Part shown: piece by piece, positions 39,168 to 53,730 of the stretch
Numbering within the stretch: the first letter of the stretch is position 1
Layout: each line of letters starts with the position of its first letter
Assembly: GCF_009914755.1 (NCBI RefSeq)
Contig: NC_060932.1
From: the human T2T-CHM13v2.0 reference genome, Homo sapiens
Length of the DNA stretch: 64,000 bases
Strand: one strand, 5' to 3'
The notes under the pieces: model-generated
Told to the model about the DNA's origin: nothing
The model's input: only the letters and a program-made list of their open reading frames with translations
The model's database searches: none
Position numbers and translations under genes: made by a program

Positions 39168-40199
39168 TAAAGCCTAATTCTTTTAATACAATCAACTCAC
39201 ACTGGGCAAAGAGGTAAATCAGCAGAGCCAGAGAGCTGGCATCTATCCCAGTTGGTACAAATGCTCGGGATGTTCCCTATCTACCAGCTAAGGAAGTGCG
39301 GAAGACAGTTGCTCTTCTCAAACCAGTCTGAATGAACTCGCTGTATTTATTACGCACACACTTACATCTTAGGAGAGGTGATTATTTATTTAAAAAGAAA
39401 CCCCGATGGGCTGAATTCTGCTAGGACTGATGGAGGGCTTAAAAATATAAATCGATACAATTTCATTAAGGACCTCAAAGCAAGATTCATAAAAAATATT
39501 TTGCCCACAGACAACCAAGAGTTAACTATACAGGAGACACCGTGTTGAGAAAGCCTCCAAGTTACTGCAAAAAAAGATTGAATGATATTGGCCACAGAGC
39601 ACAGACGCCATTCAGTCCTTATTACTGGAAGAAATCTCAACTTCCTTTATGAAAGAAAAAGGAAAATTAAAATTTAGAGAATTTGAGAGTCTGATAAATC
39701 TGTATTGATTCTCAGAAAGCAGGCATGAATTTTAATATGAGCCTAACCATGACTCAGTATGAAGTCTATATTTTATTAATCCATAGACACTCATTGTCAA
39801 TTAATATATTGTTAAGGGCGCATATCCAGTTAACAAAAACATTCCTTGAACTCTGCTAGGCACCACTGTGTTGAGAACCGGGGAAAATTATTGGTTAAAA
39901 AAAACTCCACCCTTCCTTGTAGAATACTTACCTATTTTGAAGAGACAGACTAAAAAAGTAAACAGACCAGAAACAATAAAGTAAGTATACATTATGATCT
40001 ATGAAGTTAATAAACAAGGAACTAATGTCCAGAATAGATGTCTAGGGAAGGCCTTTCTGATGGTTTGGCCTTTCTGAGATCAAAATGGTCAAAAGAAGAT
40101 GAAATTTAAAGGAATTGTTTAGGTAAATAAAATAATAATCATAAAGATGAATGGTAATTTCTGCCATTCTAATAGCCTTGTCAAGAATGTCCTACAGAA

Positions 40200-40350
40200 T
40201 AATAGTTCTTATACTTCAGCATGTGTCTGAATCGCTTCCTAGAGGGCTTATGAAAACACACATTCCCGGGCACCACCTTCAGGGGTTCTGATTTAGTTCG
40301 TGTTGGGTAGGGTCTACACATCTTTTGCTGTTGTTGCTGGCTATTTAAAG
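40200..40350. mobile_element. MER5-like DNA transposon relic
   Basis: 'gagggcttatgaaaacacacattcccgggcaccaccttcaggggttctgatttagt'. Confidence 0.5.
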
Positions 40351-40422
40351 CACACTTTTTAGGCTCAATGCTGTTTGTTAACAAATGGCAGAGGTATAGG
40401 TTAACAAAAGTGAGGTATTTTA

Positions 40423-40737
<315 letters not shown>

Positions 40738-42429
40738 TTACACTTGTATTACTACAGCTTCCAAAGCATTTGCATGTACTTTATCTAATTTGATCTGTAT
40801 AATTATCATGAGAAAGAAAGAGCAGATGACTTTATCTCTATATTATTCATTTAATAATTCATTCATTCATTCAATACATATGTTTTGAGATTTTATTAGG
40901 TGATCATCCCCATGCAAGGTGTGCTGGGGATGCAGTGCTGAGCAGAATGGACATGGAGCTTAGCACTCCAAAAAACAGGCATACATTAAGCCAAGAATCA
41001 CACGCTATATACAGTAACTATAAAATGCACACAACAATCACATTATATAGATGAAAAGTGGCATAAAAATGCACAAAGAGAACATATAACTTGAAAATGT
41101 TTGAAACTTCCAAGGTTATTCAGTTATTCAGAGAAGAAAGCCATGGCAATCTCCAAGTCCCAACGCTATTTCCCCTCTACCACGACTGCCTCTTCAGATG
41201 TACAAGGTTGGAAAATGACAAAGTCAGGAAAAGGACAAGGCACTCAGATCAGGAAGTGCCACTGTCTAGGACTGAATCTAAGGAAGACCACACCCTGTGG
41301 ATGGGGCCCACTACGTGCAAGAGGTCTACCAAGAGAAAGTCATCATGTCGGGTAGCTGGCGACACTTTATCAGTGAGCTTATGATCTCCTCCCTCATCAG
41401 GAAGCACTCATCCAAAATGCCATCAAGAAAGGAAGGAAACTAGCATTTTTTGATGTTCTATCACATATTAGGCATCTTTTCTACTATATTTGTACTTATC
41501 ATTCCCTGCTTGCAGATGAGTGCACTCAGGCTCATGGAGGTTAAATAACTTAGCCAAGATCACACATCTTGGCAGAACTTAGATGAAAATCCATCTCTGT
41601 CTGACAATAAAGTCAGTCTGGCCAGTAGCTCAGAGCCAAGTAGAGTCAGAGCTTTAAGGAAAAGAGGAGCTCCCAAGAGGCCATGGCTGTGAGGTTAACT
41701 CTTGTCTCTGGCACAAGCATTAGATGGAGACCAGTCTGAACATTTACTTCAGAATTTGCAGGTATATGGGACCAGAATTAGGGGATGTGCTTGAAATAGA
41801 TGCTGAGATCCATGCCTAATAAATTCGATTCAGCAAGTCTGGGATGTAGCCTGATGTGTGCTTATGTATATACTGTATATGCATACACATACATATACAT
41901 ACATGCATATATGCACACACACACAATTTTAACTCGTTTCCCAGGTCATGTTAAAGCCCAGTTAGGTTCTGTTTTATTCATTTGGCCGTTTTCAAGCCTT
42001 AGTGTAGGTAGAATTGAAAAGCAGGTCAATATGGCTAGGACAAGAACAGAAATAGAAAATAAATACACATTTGAACATTTTCATGTGTAAATAAAATTAT
42101 TATTATTTCATACCATACAACTCATTTGCTCAAAAATTCCTTGCTTGTCAAACTTAATGTTTCTAAGAATCTTGATACTGGGGAAGACTGCCCTAGCCAG
42201 CATATCTTAATTCTCTTATCATCCTGGCAGATCTGCCTCTGTAAATTGATTTTGTTATGAATTTTATTCCTGGGAACTTATCTCTTACAACCTTGTTACC
42301 CTTGGATTTATAAAGCTGAAGATCACATGCAGGACTGTGATCACCATCATACGAAACCAGGTGGATATATAGGATTCTTTAAAACCTCAGTGAGTCCTTC
42401 TTGTCCATACCAAAGCCATGAAATAAGAC

Positions 42430-43470
<1,041 letters not shown>

Positions 43471-43780
43471 ATGATTTTAACTTTTTAATATAAATAGTCA
43501 TCAGTTAGTAATATTTCAAATAACAAGTGTCATGAAAATGTTTAAAAATTTTAAAAAATCAATGAAGATGTTACTAATTTGGGGGAATAAGTGGTTTCTG
43601 GGAAAAAAACCAACACATTAGTCAAGAATGGAAATGTAACTGCAGGAGTCTCAGAGCTTGTTATTCATAAATAGTTTTAGATGATAATAATATATTCACT
43701 CACTAGAGATTTACCTGTCAATATGGTATTGGGAGAGCGGAACATAAGGCAGGGGAGTGGCATATAACTGCTAAACCTAT

Positions 43781-44080
<300 letters not shown>

Positions 44081-44240
44081 TCACACCTGTATTCCCAGCG
44101 ACTCAGGAGGCAGTGGGAGGATCGCTTGAGCCTAGGAATTGGAGGCTGCAGTGAGCTACGATGGCAGCACTGTATACCAGTCTTGGTGACAGAGTAAGAC
44201 CCTGTCTCTAAAAAACAAAAATTATTAATTAAAAATAAAA
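44081..44240 (+). mobile_element. Alu monomer (FRAM/FAM-like or AluJ right arm)
   Basis: Single arm 'gggaggatcgcttgagcctaggaattggaggctgcagtgagctacgat...gacagagtaagaccctgtctctaaaaa'. Confidence 0.8.
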
Positions 44241-46161
44241 ACAGCTTGTGTTTATTGACACTGTGTACTGAGGGCTGTTCTAGATGCTTTACATGTTCTC
44301 ATCCATTTAACTCTCATAATTACCAAATAAGTGTATATCATGCATCAAACATATAAGGCACGTGAGATATATAAAGTAACTGGTTCAAAGCCACACAGCT
44401 GGGAAGGAGTGGTCTCAAGCATTAAGCCCAGGCAGCCTGGCTCCACTGTTCTTATTTGTAACTTCTACCCAGTATTGCTCCTCCAGTCAGCTAGCAGAGC
44501 CAGCAAGTAATAGCTTATGTCTATAAATGGAAATCAGGAAATGATTACATAAGCATCTCATGTAGAATTATGGAGGCAAACACAAAAGGAAACAGAAGAT
44601 CAGCCAAAGTATTTGCCTCTAAGGAGTGTGACTACAGGCTTGGGAGGGTAGGTAGGCAAAGCTGTTGTGTGTTAAAGGCCTTTCCATATTTTTTATTGAT
44701 ATGCTTATATTACTTTGATAACAGCTAAAATTAATATTTTTTAAAGTTTTTAAAAATTACCTGCACTTTAGTTTCCCCATATAGAAAACTCATTCTAAGG
44801 TGCTCTACAGCAATGCCCACTATCTATGATTCTGCCATAACCTCGTATAATCAGGGCTAGGTGGGAACAGGTCTCAGACATAGGGATACAGGCATATAAA
44901 TTCATCTTGCATAATAAAATTGAAATGTCTAGGAATATCATGGACATGGCAGTTGGTGGTAATGATGGTTGTTTTCTCTGTCCCTCATTATAGCCCCTCT
45001 TTCTCCCATCTCACCACTCTTCACTGATGCTGTATATCCCCCTTCCCCAAGTTTCTTGGTGCCATTGTCAGAGTTAGTAGTTTGGGCAAGATTAATCCTT
45101 GGCCTAACTCGAAGTGGCAGTTCTTTAGTTCTTGAGCTGAATACCCAGACTAAAATTAGACTGTAGTTTAAAGTTATGTGTTAGAGAGCTCATTTGGATG
45201 AAAAATCCAGTGAGGGGATTATTCATGTTTGAAACATGAACAATGGAGTTAAAACTCTGTTGATAATCTGGGGGAAAATAGATAAGATTTGTAGTCCTTT
45301 GCATGTTCAGAAAAATCTCAAGAGAAAAAAGATATTTCTCTTAGATTCTCACAGCTGAATTATTTGACCTTCTTACATAGAGTGCATCGAGCATAATTCT
45401 AAGCATAAAAAATAAGCCACAAAGAAGAAAACGTATGTTTTGATGGAGCAGGCTTAGTAGAATAAATTGTAAGAGAGAAACTGTAAGGAATAGTAATGAT
45501 TCATAGGCAGACAATTCAGAACTATTTAAATGTCTAGGATAGAATAGAGCTGAAACTGAAAAAGAATATTGGTCTTAAGATACCAATTTTCCTTTAACTG
45601 GCAGAGAAATGGCAATATAACAGATAATAAAAAGTTTCTAAGACAAATCCAAGATAATTCAAATTTTTGAAATGAAAGAAAATTGAGCGATGGCTTAAAG
45701 AGATTAGACACTTAAAGGAACAGTCTACATTCTCACTGTGTAGTAAAGTAAGACACAGAGACGTACTCACTTGCCCAAGATCACACAGCAAATGAGCGGC
45801 AAAGCCAGAATCAAAGCCCAGACTTTCAGGTGCTGGTTAATCATTGAAAAAAAAGTCCTGCCAGACACATTTGTGCAGAATTGAATATATAGGGAAGTGG
45901 GCAAAGAGCTCAAAGTCCCTGGGTTGCAGCAGCACCCTGTGGGTGCTCAGAATTGCTGTGATTTGGTGTTCTAGAAGAAGGTATGGCAGGATGCAATCAG
46001 GAAGCAGTTTGATGCAAGCACTTCTGGAAAAGCGACCAAACAGGTGTCAGAAGAAAGGGACTTGAATATGCAAGGCTCCAACAATTTGTTGAGATTTATT
46101 GTCTCATCATAAGCAAATATGCAATTTTATCCTCATAATTTTTTTTCTTAAAGAAATCATA

Positions 46162-46456
46162 GGCCAGGCATGGTGGCTCATGCCTGTAATCCCAGCACTT
46201 TGGGAGGCCGAAGCAGGTGGATCACGAGGTCAGGAGATCGAGACCATCCTGGCTAACACGGTGAAACCCTGTCTCTACTAAAAAATACAAAAAACTAGCC
46301 AGGCATGGTGGCAGGTGCCTGTAGTCCCAGCTACTCAGGAGGCTGAGGCAGGAGAATGGCGTGAACCCGGGAGGCAGAGCTTGCAGTGAGCCGAGATAGC
46401 GTCACTGCACTCCAGCTTGGGCGACAGAGCAAGACTCCATCACACACACAAAAAAA
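46162..46456 (+). mobile_element. AluY-like
   Basis: Y diagnostics 'accatcctggctaacacggtgaaacc' and 'ggagaatggcgtgaacccgggaggcagagcttgcagtgagccgagat'. Confidence 0.93.
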
Positions 46457-46471
46457 GAGAGAGAAATCACA

Positions 46472-46843
<372 letters not shown>

Positions 46844-47004
46844 TCATTGAATATTACTATGATTTTTAGTTGAACAAATTTTAAGAGTGGAAGCTTAAGA
46901 ATTAACAATGACTCACAAGTAGACAATCCAGAACCATTTAAATATCTAATAATCACCTAATTTTCATTTAAATCTACCTAAAAATTAAATGATTATTTAC
47001 ATTA

Positions 47005-47220
47005 CAAAGTGCTCAATTGTAAAGGGCAAAATAATAAATATCTTAGATTTTGCGGGTCACATAATCTTTGTCACAACTACTCCACTGTGTCTTTGTAGTA
47101 TGAAAACAGCCATAGACAATACAAAAATGAATGTATATGGTTTTGTTCCTATAAAACTTTATTTACAAAAATATGCAGTGGGCCAGATTTAACCCACAGG
47201 TGGTAGCCTGCCAACCTTTG
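47005..47220. mobile_element. MER58A DNA transposon relic
   Basis: 'tgtaaagggcaaaataataaatatcttagattttgcgggtcac...gttcctataaaactttatttacaaaaa...gggccagattt'. Confidence 0.85.
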
Positions 47221-47239
47221 ATCCAGAGTTTCTTTAAAT

Positions 47240-47447
47240 CAGATTTCTCAGCCTCAGCACTATTGACGTTTTGGCCAGATAATTCTTTGTTGTGGGAGCT
47301 GTCTTGAGCATGTGCTCAACAGCATCCCTACCCACTGTTCACTAAATACCAGTTACTCCCACCTGTACCTCTTGCAGTTGTGACAACCAACAATGTCTCC
47401 AGACATTGCCAAATGTCCCTTGGGAGATGACATTAGAAAAACCACTG
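47240..47447. mobile_element. MER20 DNA transposon relic
   Basis: 'ggccagataattctttgttgtggg...cagttgtgacaaccaacaatgtctccagacattgccaaatgtccc'. CAG...CTG ends with hAT-type 8-bp TSD ctttaaat/atttaaat. Confidence 0.88.
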
Positions 47448-49685
47448 ATTTAAATTAACGAACTTCCAAACTGTGTGGGTTTGGGGGTAGGCGTTCACAT
47501 CGGCATAACCTGTGGGACCTTCTCTAACTATATGTCCTCCATCTCTGCATATCCTCCAACCCCTCCCCTCCCTTCCAAGATGCTGGACCACCAGCAGTGA
47601 GGAAGTCCCATTGGTGATTCAGAAATACAATTTCACCTTCATCTGTCGATCATAACTTTGGTTTTATTTTACAAGTACAAGATTCATAGCAACTGTTTCA
47701 GGTTTATATTGTGTAAACTGAGGCTCCACTGTTTGTCACTAAGACTTTTGACTGCTAAGTTTGATATTTTATATAATCAATCATCTCTAAAAATCTAAGG
47801 CGTATCTTAGGTATAGTTCTTGTTGGTGAATATTTAATATGGTCTGGCTTTTTAAATTCAAGATGTTGTAGGAATAAAATTTATAGTAGGGTGCATGTGG
47901 AATACATTTGATTCTATAATCATTGATCCTCTGCAAAAGCCAATCCAGCAGTCTCTAATTCTGTACCTTTAAAGAAACAAGAAGAAGAAAATACACAATT
48001 GTCAGAATTGTCTACTCTACTGGAAGATTATAAAACGTGAACAATAAGAAGTTTATCGATGCTACATCATCTCAAAGGCCCATGATATGTGGTTGAAAAT
48101 ACTGTCTTGGATAATTTCTATGTTCCTTTAACATGGGAGGGTCAGAGAGCAAAACCAATGCTATAGTAGTCTCTGCAGCTTCGTTTTGTTTCTACGTATG
48201 AGGAAAAAAGGCAAGTTTTCATTTCATTTTTGACAGGTGGCAAGAGAGTGTTGGGCAATAACTTTTGAAGGTGGTTTTGCTGCAGTGTCCCGTAGTCTGG
48301 TATAAAGAGGCAACTTTGCCTCTACTTTCTAAATTAGGTTTTGCTTTTAACAACCCTGCTATTTAGGAGACATTTCTACTATAGAAAAACCATTACAAGC
48401 TTTGTTCCTCTTGCTCTTAAAAATGTCATTTCATAATAAATCTTTACACATTTGACTGTAGAACTCAGGGTTCTCAATTCCCTAAGTAAATAAATTAGTC
48501 ATAATTCAATATTTGGTTATAAGATTTACAGTTCTGTTCCTTACAGTTTCTCAGATGAGTACTCTATAATTGAGCTCGAGCGAACAGCTCCATTAATTCT
48601 GATCTTGGTGTAAAAAGGGTCCTAAAAGTGCAGAGATGCTAAAGCAGACACAGGGGAACAAGGAAAAGAATAATCCTTCCCTTAAGTCTTCATCCCCACG
48701 CTTCACAGCTGTGCTTCCCCTGCATATTTTTATCTCTAGAGAAATCATGCCTTCCACATTTTAAAGTCAGCATAGCATTTGTTTCTAAGCCAGGTCCACC
48801 TTAATCAGATAAATGAACTATTTTTGATCTAACTGCAATTAGAATAAAGAGAAGAAGAGGGACTATACTCAGCACACCTCTAGGACAATCCCTGTTTTTC
48901 TCTGCGGCATTTCTGAGATAATACCGATATACATTATCAAGGGCTCAACAGCTGAGTCAATCAGGAGGCCAAAGCAATTTGTACTGGTTATAAGATGGAT
49001 ACTGAGACATCTGGGAAACTCTTATGGCATTTTTTTTTTCCAGAGAATTTTTATTTTTTGACGTATGTGGTTATAGTACTGCTGGCACTCAATGCCAGAA
49101 CCCTTATGACTAATTACCCTTCCAGGGACATGACTTTAGGTAAGCAAAAAGCAAACTTACCAAAGAAGAAAATTTCCTTGTTTAGTGCCCGAAGACCTGG
49201 TAAGAGAGATTAGCTTATTTTTAGCAAGGAAAATGATGCCTCAGTATACAACCTGCCTCTTTATATCCAATAATAAGAGAGAAATGTATAATTGTCACCA
49301 GGTGCTAACACCAGTAAAGGCATTTCGGGTTGGGCAGGTTTTGTACCAAAAAAAAAATGTTAAAAAAAATCCCCATGGACAAATTTAGCCTTTAAAGAAA
49401 TGTGTTCTTTCTGGGTAATAGGATTGCTGGTTGGACTCTGTCAACCAGCAGGAGAGAAACACACGGTCGGCAATAACAGTTCTTGCTCAGTGCTTTTCAT
49501 TTGAAAGGTACCTACAGAACCCATTTCTAAGAGACCAGATGCCACTGACCTTGCTCCACAGTGTTTTTTCCTAATCCACGCATGGAGAAAATCAAGGACA
49601 AAGTTGTAAAACAAAGTCCAAGGACAAAGGTACAAAGCGGCTACCATGTACACCCATATTCATCTGTGTCAGAAAGCACATAACC

Positions 49686-50109
<424 letters not shown>

Positions 50110-50539
50110 TCACTTTCTTGATTTTTGTTTGTTTTTTAAGCAACCATATTAACTGCAATTGGCCACTGCCTCACTTCAACATAACGTCTTTCTTTGGCAG
50201 CTTAGGAGAAGGGCTTCTAAAAAAGTTAAAGAAAAAGAAAGAAAATTATACAAATTCAGATGCAATAGTGCAAGTTTTAATCCCAGTTTCATTACCGACT
50301 CTCTGCTTAGTCTCCCCACGTGGAAAAGGAGCTTAGCAATGCCTTTTTGTCTTTCTTACCAGACAAGAGGACAAAAGGGTGGGGGGAGGGGGAGTGTGGA
50401 GAAAAGGCTTTTAAAATTAGGAAAATACTCTCAAACTCAAAATATACGATCACTGTGATGAGTGGTATATTTATGCAAAATCAAGTCAGTAAAGGTAGGT
50501 AAGGGTGCAGCTTGCTCTTATAGAAAACTTAATCAATCC

Positions 50540-51145
50540 TCATCATTTCTGGTCTAGAGCCTGCTATCTGGTCTCCATGCCTTCATTCTTATCTCACTCA
50601 CATCCATCTCTCAGAGCTTTTGCAGTGATCTCTCTAAAGTGTTCATCTTACCATTCCTTTCCTCCACATAAAACACATTTTCCCCACATGAGATGTGTCA
50701 CCTTTAACATAAACTGCCATGCATTTTTAACATGGCTTACAAAGCTTCCTATGGTTTGATCCATCCCTGATTCTCCAGCCTCCCTCCCCTCCACTCCTTC
50801 CCTTGAATTTTGATCTTCAATAATTCCAAACAACGTTTAGTTCCCTAAACACGCTGTGCCATGGTTATCCTTGTGTGGTTGCAAAACATTTTCTGCTGCT
50901 TGCAATCCCGTTCCTGCCCAAAGCTGCATGAACAACCAGTATGCCTTCCGTGTGCCTCCACTCTCTCTGGCATATGCCTATTCTTTTCCACTTTAATGTG
51001 TTTACCTGTTTACTTTCCTATTCAGACACCAATAATCTTACAACCATGAAACAGGTCTAATTCAATGTCAATATCAAGGGCCTGGTATATAGTACCTGAC
51101 ACATAGAAGGTGCTCAAGTGCTTGCTGAGACAATGAATGAATGAA
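50540..51145 (+). mobile_element. L2 LINE 3' fragment
   Basis: Pyrimidine-rich body ending 'cctgacacatagaaggtgctcaagtgcttgctgagacaatgaatgaatgaa'. Confidence 0.6.
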
Positions 51146-53653
51146 AGGAGGAAGTGTATTCCCAAGCCTTAGAATATCTATCTACTCCAAATTGTTTACA
51201 TGATGGTTACATATTTTACATTATTTTACATATGTATCTTTCCCCTTTCAATGACGTAACCAATGCGCTACATTCCTGGGGCCGCCAGATTATCCTTTCG
51301 CTTTTCCTTTCCCGAAACTACTAAAGCCACTGTGTTTCTGTTACTTTGCTCCAGAAAATAATCTCCTGAGCCCTCATCCATTCAAATGTTTTTATATTCT
51401 CTACTGTGCTTGTTAGTCAGGCCATTTTACTATCAGAGATTCCTTTGCCCTGATAGAGGAATAGGAGATTCTCAGCCCCCAGGAGAGAACAAGGACAAGG
51501 CGAGGAAGGTGGTGGGAGGAAAAAGAGTGTCTCTGCAAACAGAGGCAGATTTCGAGTACAAGAGCTAGCGTGATAACCTCACCCATGGGCTGAAGACACA
51601 AACGAAGTAATTCAGCTCAGCATTATGGTGATAATGGTACCCACCCGTCAATTTAGACAGTTAATATGTAAGTGCTTTAAACAGTATCTTAATCTAGTGA
51701 AGTTGTATTTACTCCTCTAAATACAGATACTTAAAAAAGACTGCTAAAATAAAACAAACAACCAACAAAAAAACTAGCCATTACGACCTCCTTACCAAAA
51801 ATTAAAAATTAAAAAAAATAAAAGAAGAAGAAAAAAAGAACATTTCCTTGGGTCATTTAACCCAACACACTAATCAAAAAGAAAGATTAAGCAATGTCTT
51901 CATGTATTTATAGAACTAACCCAGCAACCAAAAATGAGTCACCTCAAGACCATTTGAGTAACATATTTGTGTAGAAAATACACAAAAATATTTTGAACTC
52001 AAAGACCAGCGGGTACCTATATATTCCCTCCTGGTTGCTAAAACACTGTATCTTCAACATATTCAATTTTCTACTGACTCTTTTACTAAGGAAACCATAA
52101 GCTATATCCATTTGATAGCCAAATCCTAAAAATCATAAATTTTTATCAAAGATTTAATAAAACAGTCATAGTTCACAGACGCAGTAAACTATTTAACCTG
52201 GAAAGAACCTTTGAAGTCATCTAATTTGGCCTTCTGATTATGCAGACTGAGAAACAGGAGAACGTGATTAATTATCTAAAGTCAGGCAATGGGGTAAATG
52301 GGATTAAATTCAGATCTCCCTGAATTTCCCTTAAAATTGAAATTCCCTGAATTTCCCTTAAATCATAATGCACACAGCAAACCACATGAAATGCCAGATC
52401 GCATACACAGTGTAAACACATATATATAAGTACAGATAAATATGTACTGCTAAACAAAATGGATTCAGTTTGTTGCTTCTAGCATAAAAAGAAGAAACAA
52501 AATTTAAGGGAAATATTTTTATTAGATACAATCTCAACATACTTCTTCAAAACTCACTATATATCATAACATAATTGTTATTTTTTATTTTGCTTGTTTT
52601 TGAAATTTTAAAAGGCGAAAGTGAATTGCCCATGTTAGTAAATCCCTCAAACGGGTTAGGGAACTCAACCCCTCTTCAAACGAAGGGCAGACTTCTTTTT
52701 CCCTACGTCTGAGTTGAAAAAGGGCTCCCTCTTGTGTTCCTTTAGTGTAATGCATACTTCTGCCTTAAAAATTGCCCTCCTTCCTAAAGAATTTCCTCTA
52801 TTCCACCCCAGAGAGAGAAAATACGGATCTGAAACGTAAAATAGCCAGCTTGCCACTCACCTCTTTTCATTCTGCATATGCTAAGGATAAATCAAAGCAT
52901 AAGTATGAATAATGAGTGTTCATATTTTATTCCTGACTTTGTTGTATTCAGCATGGTAATTCATTACCTCTCAGTCCAGAGTACACACAGTAACTGACAT
53001 TTAAGGAAAAAGGAAAATAAAAAGAGCCCTTTCCTTTATACACAGACCTACTGCCACTCGAATGTGTTATTTAGTTGGTTTTTCAAGAGCCGAACCAGGC
53101 CAATCTCTCTCAACATCAATTAATTTGTTAACTAATGTATTAATATAGCCAATAATTTCTTTTGGAGCCTCTAATTTTCATAAAGCAACATATCAGTAGT
53201 GTGGGAAATACAAAAAGTAATATAATAGAAGATATATTAGAAGATAAGATATGTAATCTCAAGTGACATAAGTATACATAAATAATAAGTTACAAGATAA
53301 AATATATGATTGCAAGTGACATATATGACAGCTTTCATGAAGTAACACACAGTGCAGGAAGAGACCAAAGGAGAAAAATGCTTCGTGAGGCAGTGGCGAT
53401 CAGGGAGGGCTTTGTATAGCATGTGGTGTGTCACCTGGACCTGAAATAATGAGCACATTTTCACCACTAGATATCAGGCTTGGAAAAAGATTCCACATAC
53501 AAGAAAAAAATAGAACTGAAAATGGGATCAATTCTGGACTTGCTGGAATAAGGGTTTGCACAGAGAAGCCATTGCTAGCTGGGCAGAGGGGGGACTAGTC
53601 TTTGCGAGGAGGCTGTAAAAATGCAACGCGAAGCCTTAAAATCTCAGTATCCT

Positions 53654-53730
53654 GAGTGTACGGGAGTCAAACCAGTGACCTTGGTTTTATTTTTAGCGCC
53701 ATGCTCTTCTAATCGGCTGAACTAACAGGA
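53654..53730 (-). pseudogene. Decayed tRNA-Ile(AAT)-like sequence (tRNA pseudogene or tRNA-derived SINE head such as MamSINE1)
   Basis: The minus strand tcctgttagttcagccgattagaagagcatggcgctaaaaataaaaccaaggtcactggtttgactcccgtacactc aligns by eye to tRNA-Ile-AAT (GGCCGGTTAGCTCAGTTGGTTAGAGCGTGGCGCTAATAACGCCAAGGTCGCGGGTTCGATCCCCGTAC), with insertions and CpG decay. Confidence 0.7.

Noticed and set aside
41620-41710. ggccagtagctcag..., resembling another tRNA or SINE head
   Set aside because: Only the first ~14 nt match; spacing and B-box do not fit.
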